A DNA stretch of 64,000 nucleotides from Gemmatimonadales bacterium (GTDB lineage Bacteria > Gemmatimonadota > Gemmatimonadetes > Gemmatimonadales > GWC2-71-9): positions 26,014 through 90,013 of the forward strand of contig JBFJHJ010000002.1 in assembly GCA_041613315.1 (NCBI GenBank), read 5' to 3'. The notes under the pieces are model-generated. The model searched no databases. It saw only the letters and a program-made list of their open reading frames with translations, and was not told where the DNA came from. Numbering within the stretch: position 1 is the first letter of the stretch; every line of letters starts with the position of its first letter. Below are positions 11,402 to 21,600 of this stretch, piece by piece. Position numbers and translations under genes: made by a program.

Positions 11402-12112
11402 TCAAGCGGTGTCCTCGGTCATCGTGTAGTCGAGGCGGCGCCGCCGGAGCCAGCGCACGCCGAGGGCATCCCGAAACCCCCGCAGCGCGCGGTTCCAAGC
11501 GCCGTACTTGCTCCGGCCGCGTCGCCGCGGCCGGTGCGTCACCGGCACCTCCACCACACGACCACCACCCAACCGGATGAGCGTGGGGAGAAACCGGTGC
11601 ATGCCGTCGAACCGCGGCAGCGCCGCGGCCGTCCCGCGGCGGATCGCCTTGAGGCCGCACCCGGTGTCGCGCACCCGGTCGCCGGTGAGCCGGTTGCGCA
11701 CGGCGTTCGCCACCCGGCTCTGCGCCCGCTTCCACCACGAGTCCGCGCGCCCCACGCGATACCCCACCGCCGCGGCGAGCCGCTGGTCGTCGGCCAGCGG
11801 GGCGAGCACCGCCGGAAGATCGGCGGGATCGTTCTGTCCGTCCGCGTCCAGCATCACGATCGGGTCGCCCCGCGAGGCCTCCATGCCCGCCGCGAGGGCG
11901 GCGCTCTGCCCCGAGTGCCGGCTCAACCGTACGATCCGAAGCGTCGGGTAGCGTTGCCGCAAGCGCCGCAACTCCTCCAGCGAGCCGTCGGTCGACGCGT
12001 CGTCTACCGCCACCATTTCGTGCGCCCGACCACCCACGGCCCGCGCCAGCTCGGCCAGGAGGGGGGCCAGGTTGTCACGTTCATTATAGACAGGTAGGAC
12101 GACCGACAGCAC
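11402..12112 (-). CDS. Glycosyltransferase family 2 (polyprenol-phosphate mannosyltransferase-like)
   Basis: SVVLPVYNE, VDDASTDGS, LDADGQNDPAD, DTGCGLK, HRFLP. Start approximate. Confidence 0.88.
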   Translation of the reverse strand: MLSVVLPVYNERDNLAPLLAELARAVGGRAHEMVAVDDASTDGSLEELRRLRQRYPTLRIVRLSRHSGQSAALAAGMEASRGDPIVMLDADGQNDPADLPAVLAPLADDQRLAAAVGYRVGRADSWWKRAQSRVANAVRNRLTGDRVRDTGCGLKAIRRGTAAALPRFDGMHRFLPTLIRLGGGRVVEVPVTHRPRRRGRSKYGAWNRALRGFRDALGVRWLRRRRLDYTMTEDTA

Positions 12113-12243
12113 GGGGACGGCACTCCACGGTCCGGCGCGCGGGAACCTACGGCGCGCCGCGGGTGGAAGCAAGTTGACAGCCGGTCGGCTGCTGCGGTTT
12201 ATTGGGGCGCCCCGCTCTCGTCCGCTCAGCCGGGAGGTTTCCC

Positions 12244-13287
12244 GTGTCCGAACCGCTTTCGCGCCGCACGTTTCTCGGCGCGGCATCCGGCCTCGCCGCC
12301 GGCTCCGTGCTGGCACCCAGCCTCGCAACAGGGCTGGAGGCGCCGGCCATCCATATTCGACCGCCGGCGAAAAACATCGTCGTCGCCTCCGCAAACGGCC
12401 TTCGGGGGGTCCAGCGCGCCGGAGAACTCGTCGCGCGGGGCATGGACACGCTCGATGCCGCCATCGAAGGCGTGAAGATCCAGGAGTTGGACCCGACGGA
12501 CCATTCGGTCGGGTACGGCGGCCTGCCCAACGAGGAGGGCGTTGTCCAGCTCGACGCGTCCTGCATGCACGGCCCCAGCCGCCGAGCCGGCGCGGTCGCG
12601 GCCCTCGACGGCATCAAGACGCCCAGCGTCGTCGCCAAGTACGTGCTCTTATACACCGACCACATTCTGCTCGTCGGCGAGGGCGCGAAGCGGTTCGCGC
12701 TGTCCTACGGGTTCAAGGAAGAGAACCTCCTCACCGAGGAGGCCCGAGAGATCTGGCTCCGGTGGCGGGCCAACCGCAGCACCGACGACGACTGGCTGGA
12801 CGTGCCGACGACCGAACCGATGGTGATCCGGCCCACCGGCACGATCAACATGAACCTCGTCAACACCAACGGGGACATCTCGTCGGTGACCACCACCAGC
12901 GGGCTGGCGTGGAAGATCCCCGGCCGCGTGGGCGACTCGCCGCTCATCGGGGCGGGCCAGTACACGGATAACGACATCGGCGCCGCAGGATCCACGGGTC
13001 GCGGCGAAGCGAACATCAAAGTATGCGGCGCCTTTCTTACCGTAGAGTTCATGCGGCGTGGGCTGAAGCCGACCGACGCCGCCCTCGAGACCCTTCGCCG
13101 AGTCGTCGCCACGACAGAGCCCCGCTTGATGGACGAGGCGGGCCGTCCACAGTTTCAGCTCACCTTCTACGCCGTGAACAAACAGGGCGCGTTCGGCGCC
13201 GCGTCGCTGTATCCGTCGCGGTACGCGGCGTTCGACGGTGACGCCGCCGCCCATCGGGACACGGCGCACCTGTTCGAGCGGCGGTGA
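12244..13287 (+). CDS. Tat-exported N4-(beta-N-acetylglucosaminyl)-L-asparaginase (Ntn hydrolase)
   Basis: SRRTFLG Tat motif; SVGYGGLP, LDASCM, TTTSG..GRVGDSP, STGRGE; GGAGG RBS before the GTG at 12244. Confidence 0.9.
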   Translation: MSEPLSRRTFLGAASGLAAGSVLAPSLATGLEAPAIHIRPPAKNIVVASANGLRGVQRAGELVARGMDTLDAAIEGVKIQELDPTDHSVGYGGLPNEEGVVQLDASCMHGPSRRAGAVAALDGIKTPSVVAKYVLLYTDHILLVGEGAKRFALSYGFKEENLLTEEAREIWLRWRANRSTDDDWLDVPTTEPMVIRPTGTINMNLVNTNGDISSVTTTSGLAWKIPGRVGDSPLIGAGQYTDNDIGAAGSTGRGEANIKVCGAFLTVEFMRRGLKPTDAALETLRRVVATTEPRLMDEAGRPQFQLTFYAVNKQGAFGAASLYPSRYAAFDGDAAAHRDTAHLFERR

Positions 13288-14468
13288 AGAACGGGGTCGG
13301 GCTCGCCTGCCTTCTGATCGCGTGCGCCGGGCCGGTCCAGGCCCAGTTCCCGCCCATGCCGGCCCTCGGCCGGGACTGGATGGCGATCGCGTATCCCAAG
13401 CTGTTCTACGCGGGGCGGGAAGGCATGACCTTCGGGTTCTTCACCGGCCAGGTCCTGCCGCACACCTTCGATGACTTCTTCGCGCCGCCGCCGTACCGGG
13501 CGGCGCTCCTGCTCGACGGCCAGCTCTCCACCTCCGGAAGCAAACACCTCCGGCTCGACGCGCGCCTGCCACGAGCGGTGGACGGCTGGCGGTTCGTGCT
13601 GTCGCTCGCGGGGCTCCGCAGCGCGCGGGAGCCGTACTTCGGCCTCGGCAACGCCAGCATCTACGACCGGGCCAATGAGACCGACGCGCAGCCGCATTTC
13701 TACCGCTCCGATCGGGTACGGCTCTTCGCTCGCGGAGAGGTGCAGCGCCGCCTCGTCGGGCCGCTCCGCGTAGTCGCGGGGTTCCACGCGGAGCGATGGA
13801 AGCTCGATACGCTACCCGGACCGAGCCAACTCGCCCGGGACGCCCTCACCGGCGCGGTGACGGGCGTGGGCCGGTACGCCAGCGACGTGTCGACGCGAAT
13901 CGGGCTGGTCCTCGACACGCGGAACGACGAGCCCGCCCCGACCCGTGGAGTCCTGCTGCAGGCGATCTACGGGGTCGCCGACTCGAGCGTCCTCGGCGAC
14001 CTGTCCTACACCCGCCTCACGATCTCAGCGGCCGGCTTCCTGCCCGTGACCGAACGGCTCACCCTGGCGGCGCGGGTCTTGGGCCAGTCCATCGGGGGAT
14101 CGCCGGGGGTGGGAACGCTGTATCTCATCGAAGCCAGCGACGAACCGTTCCGCGGCATCGGTGGCGACCGCTCCCACCGCGCGCTGCGTACCAACCGCCT
14201 GCTCGGCGCGGACAAGCTGCTGGCCAACTTCGACGTCCGCTACACGGTGTTCGAGCAGCCCACGGCCGCTCGGGTAACGCTGCTCGCGTTCCTCGATGCC
14301 GGGCGAGTGTTTCCAGGTGACGACTTCCAGGTGACGACCGATGGGCTCCACGTGGGCGGCGGCGGCGGCTTCTTTCTCCAAGTGCTCCGCAACGCCATCC
14401 TGGGCACGACCATCGGGACGGGCCCCGATGGTGTGGTCGTGAAGCTGCATACGGAATGGAGTTACTGA
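13284..14468 (+). CDS. Omp85 (BamA/TamA)-type outer-membrane beta-barrel protein without POTRA domains
   Basis: Signal peptide; amphipathic beta strands; DTRNDE, GGDRSHRA (GG..LRG-like), FLDAGRVF; C-terminal aromatic residue (WSY). Confidence 0.75.
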   Translation: MKNGVGLACLLIACAGPVQAQFPPMPALGRDWMAIAYPKLFYAGREGMTFGFFTGQVLPHTFDDFFAPPPYRAALLLDGQLSTSGSKHLRLDARLPRAVDGWRFVLSLAGLRSAREPYFGLGNASIYDRANETDAQPHFYRSDRVRLFARGEVQRRLVGPLRVVAGFHAERWKLDTLPGPSQLARDALTGAVTGVGRYASDVSTRIGLVLDTRNDEPAPTRGVLLQAIYGVADSSVLGDLSYTRLTISAAGFLPVTERLTLAARVLGQSIGGSPGVGTLYLIEASDEPFRGIGGDRSHRALRTNRLLGADKLLANFDVRYTVFEQPTAARVTLLAFLDAGRVFPGDDFQVTTDGLHVGGGGGFFLQVLRNAILGTTIGTGPDGVVVKLHTEWSY

Positions 14469-15049
14469 GCGGGGCGACTCGTGGGGATGGGCGCTGCGGC
14501 GGCTTCGTTCGTTCCGGCCACATTGAATAGCGCGAGCACCTCGCGGAGCGTCGATTCCCCCCGATCTCTCCCGTAGCGGCGCATCAACTGCGCGTAGAAG
14601 TCGTCCTTCGCGAGGCGGCCCCGGTTCGAGACCGCCCACGCCTGGATCGCCTGGGGCCGCGGGCCCCACGCTCCCAGCTCGCGGAACACCGGATCGAGCG
14701 CGATCACGATCGGGATCGAGCGCGTGCCGTTCGTCAGGTACCGATCCATCACCTCGGGGTATTCGTCCCGCGACAGTACGCGCATCTCGAGGCCGCCCGA
14801 CGCGTCACGGAGCTTGGCCAGCACCGGCAGCGTGTTGGCGGCATCCCAACACCAGTCCTCGTTGAGGATGAGCAGGCGCCCGCCCGCCGCGTCCCGCCGC
14901 GCCTGCGCCACCGCCCAGTCGGGAACGCGCGCGACCCGATAGACACCATCCCACAGACCCTTGAGTTCGCTCGCCTCTCGCACGAAGTCATCGTACGGGA
15001 TGGCTTCGCGCCAGAGGTGGGCCACATCGCGCACGTCGGCGACCGTCAC
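14462..15049 (-). CDS. Thioredoxin-fold protein (Thioredoxin_9-like)
   Basis: EDWCWDA, YLTNGTRSIP, WGPRP. Confidence 0.8.
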   Translation of the reverse strand: MTVADVRDVAHLWREAIPYDDFVREASELKGLWDGVYRVARVPDWAVAQARRDAAGGRLLILNEDWCWDAANTLPVLAKLRDASGGLEMRVLSRDEYPEVMDRYLTNGTRSIPIVIALDPVFRELGAWGPRPQAIQAWAVSNRGRLAKDDFYAQLMRRYGRDRGESTLREVLALFNVAGTNEAAAAPIPTSRPAQ

Positions 15050-15050
15050 C

Positions 15051-16199
15051 TCAGTCTCCCCGGCACTCCGTGATCTTGACCCCCCGCCGCCCCAGCTCCG
15101 CGACGTACGGGGCGTAGGGCGTCGCGCGGTACGCCGGTCGCACGCCGGGCCCGCCGACCTGCCCCGCCACCTGCATCAGCGCCGTGATCGACAGGGAGTA
15201 GCCCGTGGTCCGCATCATCGCGCTGATCCCGTGCTCGCGGTCGAAGTCATCCAAGAGTTGGAACGTCGCCGTCGCCGGGCGGCCTGCCGCCGTTCCTTCG
15301 GCGACGACCCGCAGGACAGCGACGTCCTCCACCCCGGGCCGCCGCAGCTTCGGATCCACGAGCCGGATGAACAGGTCGCGGGGCCGCACGGGCACGCCGC
15401 CCACGTCCACCGGATCCACCGAGAGCAGGCCTAAGTCGCGGATCGCACGCATGATGTGCGCATGTCCGGGGTAGCGCAGGGTCTTGTACTCCATCGCCTG
15501 CACCCGCCCCGCGAACTCCCATGGCATCGTCGACACACCGCCGCCGGTATGAAACGCCTCGAGGGTGTGCATCGGTTCCGGGAACGTCACCGACTCGAGC
15601 TCCGAGAGCGCATCGACACGGGTGGGTTCCCCCCCTCGGAGGACCCAGGACGGCGTGGTGTAGTAGTCGAGCGCCCCTTCGAGCGAATACACGACCTGGT
15701 AGTTGAGCGGTGGCACCGGATTCCGAGGGAGCCCACCCACGTACATCTTCACCCGCTCGGTCCGCTCGAGCCGCCGGATGCCCTCCGCGGCCAAGATGTT
15801 CACCATGTCGGGCGCCAGGCCGACATCGGGAATCACCGAGACGCCGTTCGCGCGGGCCGCGGCGTCGAGCGTCTCTTGCTGCCGCACGATCTCGGTGTTC
15901 CCGCCGAGGTCGGCAAAGTGCGCCCCCGCCTCGACGGCGAGCCGCGCCATCGGCAAGTTGAAGTAGTAGGGAAGCGCGCTGAGCACGGCGTCGTGCCCCT
16001 GCATCGCCGCGCGGGTCGCCGCCTCATCCCGCGCGTCGAGGGTGAGGCTCGCGAGCCGTGTGCCCTCCCAAGGCTCGAGGAAGGCGGGGAGTCGGTCCAG
16101 CCGACGGTCCGCAATCGTGACCGACGCCTCGCTCATGCTGAGCAGGTCGTACGCGCTCGCGGAGCCCTGGAGCCCGCCGCCCAACACCAGCATTCTCAT
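15051..16199 (-). CDS. Saccharopine dehydrogenase / lysine 6-dehydrogenase family
   Basis: VLGGGLQG Rossmann motif, DLGGN, VGGLP, YKTLRYPGH, SAMMRTTG. Confidence 0.88.
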   Translation of the reverse strand: MRMLVLGGGLQGSASAYDLLSMSEASVTIADRRLDRLPAFLEPWEGTRLASLTLDARDEAATRAAMQGHDAVLSALPYYFNLPMARLAVEAGAHFADLGGNTEIVRQQETLDAAARANGVSVIPDVGLAPDMVNILAAEGIRRLERTERVKMYVGGLPRNPVPPLNYQVVYSLEGALDYYTTPSWVLRGGEPTRVDALSELESVTFPEPMHTLEAFHTGGGVSTMPWEFAGRVQAMEYKTLRYPGHAHIMRAIRDLGLLSVDPVDVGGVPVRPRDLFIRLVDPKLRRPGVEDVAVLRVVAEGTAAGRPATATFQLLDDFDREHGISAMMRTTGYSLSITALMQVAGQVGGPGVRPAYRATPYAPYVAELGRRGVKITECRGD

Positions 16200-16310
16200 C
16201 CCACTGCTCCGTCACTGAGGGTCCCGAACGGGGCGGGAAAGATAGATGGTCCCCCCTGTCGCAGGAATGGTGGCCCCTTGCCGACGGCCGTTCCGGGTGT
16301 AGCGTTGTGA

Positions 16311-16970
16311 GTGATGGCTCACCCTCCGGGTGCCCCTCCCACGCCGCGCCGGCGGCGAGACCCACGCGGCACGCATGACCGCCTCGTTCGGGCGGCCCTC
16401 GATCTCTTCACGACCCGCGGATACCATGACACCACGACGCCTCAGCTTGCCGAGCGGGCCGGCGTGGCCGAGGGGACGATCTACCGCCACTTCGAGAGCA
16501 AGGAACACCTGCTCAACGAGATCTACCGGGCGGCGGTGCGGCTGTTCACGAAGAGCGCCAAAGAAGCCCCGGCGACGGGCGGATCCCGCCAGCAGCTCGC
16601 CCACGTGGCGGGGGCGTGGCGCGAGCTGGCCGGCCGCGACCCGGCGCTCGTGAAGCTCGCGTTCGTAACACCGCTCGACCCGCTCTTGGATGCCAAGAGC
16701 TCCGAGTCCCGCACCGCCTTGCGCCAGGAGATCAACCGCATTGTCGCGTCCGGGAAAGCGGCGGGTGACGTGCGGCCGGGTCCCGTCGAGATTTGGACCG
16801 ACGTGTGGCTCCACATCGTGGTATTGGCGCTCGAGCGTATCGCGGCGCGGGAGTGGGGCGCTCAGCACAGCGCACCCCAACTCGTGATCGATGCGGCGTG
16901 GGACGCCATCCGCGCCCGCGACGCGGCGGCACCATCGGCGACATCGCGGCCCCCCGGACCGCCGCCGTGA
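16311..16970 (+). CDS. TetR/AcrR-family transcriptional regulator
   Basis: AALDLF..RGY...LAERAGVAEGTIYRHFESKE. Confidence 0.92.
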   Translation: MMAHPPGAPPTPRRRRDPRGTHDRLVRAALDLFTTRGYHDTTTPQLAERAGVAEGTIYRHFESKEHLLNEIYRAAVRLFTKSAKEAPATGGSRQQLAHVAGAWRELAGRDPALVKLAFVTPLDPLLDAKSSESRTALRQEINRIVASGKAAGDVRPGPVEIWTDVWLHIVVLALERIAAREWGAQHSAPQLVIDAAWDAIRARDAAAPSATSRPPGPPP

Positions 16971-17066
16971 GCCCCCCGGCGAGCCACGTACGACCCCTGC
17001 CCTCTCTAGACAACCCACCCCCATCACGTAACCTTCGGTGACTTTTCGAACCCGGAGATCTCCGTC

Positions 17067-18419
17067 ATGACTGCTCCCGCGGCCTCACTGCTTCGCGACT
17101 CGTGGGCCACGCGGCTGGGCTTCATCCTCGCCGCCGTGGGATCCGCCGTGGGTCTGGGCAACATGTGGAGGTTCTCCTACATCGCCTCGCAGGGGGGCGG
17201 CGCCGCGTTCGTGCTGACCTACCTCGTGCTCGTGGCCATCGTGGGCGTGCCGCTGATGACCTCCGAGTTCGTCGTGGGCCGCATGACGCACGAGTCACCG
17301 GCCGTGGCGTTGCGCCGGCTGGGCGGGTCGCGCTGGGCGCCGTTGGGCTGGCTCTTCGTGTTCTGCGGGTTCGGCATCCTGTCGTACTACTCGGTGATCG
17401 CGGGCTGGACCATGCGCTACGCCTTCGACGCGGTCCGCAATGCGATCCCCACCGATACCAACGCGTACTTCGGCGAGGTGTCCTCCGGGGTGAGCTCCCT
17501 CGCCGGGCACCTGCTGTTCATGGGGATCACCGTTTTCATCGTGATGCGGGGCGTCAAGAAAGGGCTCGAGCGGGCGGCCCTGATCCTGATGCCACTCCTG
17601 TTCGTCATCCTGGTCGGGCTCGCGGTGTGGGCCGCGACGCTGTCCGGCGCCGGCGAGGCCTTCCGCTACTACCTGCGACCGAGCCTGTCTCAACTGTTTG
17701 ACAGGAAGATCCTGACCGACGCCGCCGGCCAGGCGTTCTTCTCGCTGAGCCTTGGGATGGGCGCCCTGATGACCTACGCCTCGTACCTGGGGTCCAAGGA
17801 GAACCTGGGACGGGAGGCGACGGTGGTGGCGCTGACCGACTTCGGCGTCGCGTTCGTCGCCGGCCTCGTGGTCTTCCCCGTCGTGTTCACGTTCGGCCTC
17901 CAGGGACAGATTGGCGAGAGCGCCATCGGGGCGCTGTTCATCGCGCTGCCCGCGGGCTTCGAGGAACTGGGGCGGACCGGCGACTACATCGACACGGCGT
18001 TCTTCGTGATGCTGTTCTTCGCAGCACTCACCTCCGCCATCTCCCTGCTCGAGGTGATGGTGGCAGCCGCCATGGACCTATGGGGCTGGGCCCGCACGAA
18101 GGCCGCGCTCCTCTTCGGCGTCCTGATCGCGCTGATCGGCGTGCCATCCGCCTTCAGCACGGACTTTCTGGGTGCGGCGGATCAGCTCGTCGGGAACTTC
18201 TTGCTCATCGTCGGCGGCCTCTGCACGGCGATCTTGGTGGGATACCGGATTCTGCCGCAGGCGGATGCGGAGTTGGCACAGGGCCTGCCGAACGCCACCG
18301 CCCGCCGCGCGTGGGCGGCGTTCGTGCGCTACGTCGCGCCGGTGATCCTCATCATCGTTCTCGTGTTCCTGATTCCGCCGACGCTCGCGGCGATCCGAAC
18401 GCTGCTGGGACTGGCCTAG
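17067..18419 (+). CDS. Sodium-dependent transporter (NSS/SNF family)
   Basis: GFILAAVGSAVGLGNMWRF, GQAFFSLSLGMG; about 11-12 TM helices. Confidence 0.93.
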   Translation: MTAPAASLLRDSWATRLGFILAAVGSAVGLGNMWRFSYIASQGGGAAFVLTYLVLVAIVGVPLMTSEFVVGRMTHESPAVALRRLGGSRWAPLGWLFVFCGFGILSYYSVIAGWTMRYAFDAVRNAIPTDTNAYFGEVSSGVSSLAGHLLFMGITVFIVMRGVKKGLERAALILMPLLFVILVGLAVWAATLSGAGEAFRYYLRPSLSQLFDRKILTDAAGQAFFSLSLGMGALMTYASYLGSKENLGREATVVALTDFGVAFVAGLVVFPVVFTFGLQGQIGESAIGALFIALPAGFEELGRTGDYIDTAFFVMLFFAALTSAISLLEVMVAAAMDLWGWARTKAALLFGVLIALIGVPSAFSTDFLGAADQLVGNFLLIVGGLCTAILVGYRILPQADAELAQGLPNATARRAWAAFVRYVAPVILIIVLVFLIPPTLAAIRTLLGLA

Positions 18420-18505
18420 CGGCGAACCGGAGTCGAGTCGCGCGGCGCGCCCGCGGGCGGGATGCTGACCGCCAACCGCCGGCCGGCCGCCGGTTGAAAG
18501 TGCGG

Positions 18506-19594
18506 CTACCCCGCGTAGACATCCTCGACCGCCGACGCGGGCGGCATGTGGGTTGCTCGGCTCGCCACGGCCTCCTCGGCGGCCCGATCCACCTCAGCGG
18601 TCACCTCCTGTTCGACGGCGGCCAGCCGGTCCGCCGGCACGCCGTCAGCCTGCAGGTGCGCCTCGTACAGGCCGATCGGGTCGCGCTTCCCCCAATGCGC
18701 GTACACGTCGGCCGGGATCATGCGCCGCGCGTCCTGCTCGTCGTGCGTCGCGTGCCCGCCCATGCGGAACGTCTCGGCGGCGAGGATGACGGGCCCGTCG
18801 CCCGCGCGGCACCGCTCCACGGCCAACGTGGTCGCCGCGTACGCATCCAGCACGTTGTTGCCGTCGAACGATCCCCCCGCACAGCCGTAGGCCCGGTGCA
18901 GCTCGCCGAATCCGTCCGGCAGGTGGTGCCACTCCACCAAGGTTCCCAGGGCCACCTGGTTGTTTTGAATGATGAAGATCGCCGGGAGCCGCTGCACCGC
19001 AGCGAAGTTGAGCGCCTCGTGGGTGGCCCCCGCTTTCACCGACCCGTCGCCGATCCATGTGAGCGCGACGGCGTCCTCTCCCCGCAGCTGGAACGTCAAG
19101 GCGATCCCTGCAGTCACCGGCGGCATGTTCCCGATGTGCGAGATGGGCTGAAGGACCCGGTGCGCGAAGCCGCCGACGTGCCCGTCGCGGCCCTTGGACG
19201 GGGCGTCGAAGGTCCCGAGGTATCCCCGGAGCATGTCCGCCACCGGAATCCCCATTTCGCAGCACGCGCCGGCGTTGCGGATCATGGGCGCGACGACATC
19301 GCGAGTGCGGTCCAGCGCGTGCACCGGCCCCACGGTGGTCGCCTCCTCGCCCGTGCCGAGCCACGCCTTCGAGATGATGCCCTGACGCACCCAGCGCGCG
19401 AGCGTGACATCGTGCAGGCGCGCGCGGAGCATGCCGGCATACAGTGCCAGCTTCGCGTCGAGGCTCAGGGCGTTCGTGACCCTCCGCCGCTCGGGGTCGG
19501 CGGCCACGGTAGCCGCGAACGCCGCCACCAGATCGGGATCCGCCGACCAGGTGACGTATTCCGGGGGATCGTAGGCGGGAAACCGGTGGACCAC
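18506..19594 (-). CDS. TPP-dependent dehydrogenase E1 alpha subunit
   Basis: GDG...NN TPP motif (GDGSVKAG..IQNN), DGNNV, FRMGGHATHD, DPI. Confidence 0.88.
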   Translation of the reverse strand: MVHRFPAYDPPEYVTWSADPDLVAAFAATVAADPERRRVTNALSLDAKLALYAGMLRARLHDVTLARWVRQGIISKAWLGTGEEATTVGPVHALDRTRDVVAPMIRNAGACCEMGIPVADMLRGYLGTFDAPSKGRDGHVGGFAHRVLQPISHIGNMPPVTAGIALTFQLRGEDAVALTWIGDGSVKAGATHEALNFAAVQRLPAIFIIQNNQVALGTLVEWHHLPDGFGELHRAYGCAGGSFDGNNVLDAYAATTLAVERCRAGDGPVILAAETFRMGGHATHDEQDARRMIPADVYAHWGKRDPIGLYEAHLQADGVPADRLAAVEQEVTAEVDRAAEEAVASRATHMPPASAVEDVYAG

Positions 19595-19641
19595 GACGGT
19601 CGTTGTCCTCGAGAGGATCTCGGGGTAATATCCGGAACCGC

Positions 19642-20520
19642 ATGAGGTCCAGCAAGCCGATGCCGCCCGTCACGATCCGTACCGCCACGTGGGCCGCGCT
19701 TCCGCTCGTCGCCGCCTTCGTCGTCTTCGGCGCGCACACCCCGCCCGGCCGCGAGGCGCCGGCGGACGACCGGCTCGCGGACTCCCTCGTCGGCCTGTGG
19801 ATCGACTCCGTCGGCGGCATGGCGACGTATGACCGTTTCATCTCGACGTCGTTCACCGTGACGACCGTCCTGTACGACACCCTCACGGCGCGCGTCAAGC
19901 GCAGCCGGCCGCGCTACGTCTGGATCCGCAAGGGCCCGTACGGCGAAGAGACCCGCGTCGAGCGCTGGGAAGGTGACGACTTCATTCAGCAGGGCTTCAA
20001 CGGCCGCGACCCCGCCTGGGCGGCGCTACACGGAACGCTGCTGCCCGACTCGGCGAAGGACGCCAGGGAGGCGCTCTACGTTTCGCGAGACCTCTTCTAT
20101 TGGATCGGCCTGCCCTTCAAGCTGCGCGATCCCGGCGTCCACCTCACGTACCTTGGCCGCACGGCGTTGCCCGGTGTGCCCTGGAGCGGCGAGCCCGCCA
20201 TGCAGCGCCCGGCGCGCGATGGCCGCTACCACGCGGTGGGCGTGAGCTTCGGCGAAGGCGTGGGCGAGCACCGGGACGTCTTCACCTACTACTTCGCGCC
20301 GGGTCACGCCCTGCCGACCGAAGTGACCTATGTCGAGGAAGGCCGCACGGACCTCAACCGGCTTATCTGGGGAGTGACCGAGCGAGTCGGTCCGATCCGC
20401 TATCCCTACGTAACGCGCCGTGACTGGCTCACCGTGTCCGGCAAGCGGACAAAGGCGCTGGTGGTGACCGACGTCGTGGTGAATCCCGAGATCCCGCAGG
20501 AGCGGTTCGAGCGGCCCTGA
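19642..20520 (+). CDS. Exported hypothetical protein (DUF6503-like)
   Basis: Signal peptide; FYWIGLPFKLRDPGVHLTYLG resembles DUF6503. Start uncertain (19642 or 19660). Confidence 0.55.
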   Translation: MRSSKPMPPVTIRTATWAALPLVAAFVVFGAHTPPGREAPADDRLADSLVGLWIDSVGGMATYDRFISTSFTVTTVLYDTLTARVKRSRPRYVWIRKGPYGEETRVERWEGDDFIQQGFNGRDPAWAALHGTLLPDSAKDAREALYVSRDLFYWIGLPFKLRDPGVHLTYLGRTALPGVPWSGEPAMQRPARDGRYHAVGVSFGEGVGEHRDVFTYYFAPGHALPTEVTYVEEGRTDLNRLIWGVTERVGPIRYPYVTRRDWLTVSGKRTKALVVTDVVVNPEIPQERFERP

Positions 20521-20523
20521 CGG

Positions 20524-21600
20524 CTAGACCAGGAGTTGCTGGAGCCGCTCACGATCGGCGCCGTCGAGCGCGTCGACCAGCGCCTGGCCGAGGTCGAGGG
20601 CGGTGGCGTAGCGGTCGGCCGGATTCGTCTCCAGCGTCTTCATCAGCACGCGTGCCAGCGGCGCGGGGAAGTCGGGGAGAACCTTCCAGATCGGCGTCGG
20701 GCGACCGCGAAGCCGGGCGATCATCATGTCCTGCGGGTTCTTGCCCTCGAACGGCAGTTTCCCGGTGAACATCTCGTAGGCGAGCACGCCCATCGCATAG
20801 ACGTCGCTCCGCGCGTCGAGGGGCTTCCCCCGAATCTGCTCCGGGCTCATGAACTCGGGCGTGCCCAAGATGATGCCCGTGGCGGTGAGCTTCGCCACGC
20901 TCGGATCGGCGCGCCGCTCCTTGGCGAGGCCGAAGTCCATCACGACGGCCCGCTCGCGGCCGTCGGGGTTCTTCACGAGCATTACGTTCTCGGGCTTGAG
21001 ATCGCGATGCACGATATTGAACTGGTGGGCGTGGTGCAGGCCGGCGCACACCTGGACCAGGATCTCGACCCCCACGTCGGGGGCCATGGGGCCCACTCGC
21101 ACCTCGCGATCGGAGAGGAGGTCGCCCGGGAGATAGGGCATCACGAGGTAGATGAGGCCGTCTTCCGTCTCGCCGAGCCGGTGGATGCGGCAGACGTTCG
21201 GGTGCTCCAGGCGCATCGCGAGGCCGGCTTCCCGACGCAGCCGCTCGACCGAGTTGCGATCGCGGGAGAGCTTCGGGCTCAGGACCTTGATCGCCACGGT
21301 GTCGTTCGCGGTCGAATCGCGGGCCTCGTACACGTAGGACATCCCGCCTTCCCCGATGCGCCGGCCGACGTGGTAGCGGCCCTCGAGCACGTGGCCCTGG
21401 AGCGCGCCGGCCCGACTCTGGGAGGGTCCCTCCGGGCGCTTGGTGCTCTGGCGGACCTGGGTCTCCGTGGTCTCGCCGGACGACGGCGCCCGGCGCACGG
21501 CGCCGGGGCCCGCCACCTCGATGAGCGGACTGCCGTCCTTGGGGCAGAAGCGCGCTTCCCCGCCGTACTCGGTTCGGCAGCGCGGGCAGCGGCGGCTCAT
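20524..21600 (-). CDS. Hanks-type Ser/Thr protein kinase with N-terminal zinc ribbon
   Basis: CPRC...FCPKDG; IGEGGM, VAIK, HRDLKPEN, DFG, GTPEFMSPE. Confidence 0.94.
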   Translation of the reverse strand: MSRRCPRCRTEYGGEARFCPKDGSPLIEVAGPGAVRRAPSSGETTETQVRQSTKRPEGPSQSRAGALQGHVLEGRYHVGRRIGEGGMSYVYEARDSTANDTVAIKVLSPKLSRDRNSVERLRREAGLAMRLEHPNVCRIHRLGETEDGLIYLVMPYLPGDLLSDREVRVGPMAPDVGVEILVQVCAGLHHAHQFNIVHRDLKPENVMLVKNPDGRERAVVMDFGLAKERRADPSVAKLTATGIILGTPEFMSPEQIRGKPLDARSDVYAMGVLAYEMFTGKLPFEGKNPQDMMIARLRGRPTPIWKVLPDFPAPLARVLMKTLETNPADRYATALDLGQALVDALDGADRERLQQLLV

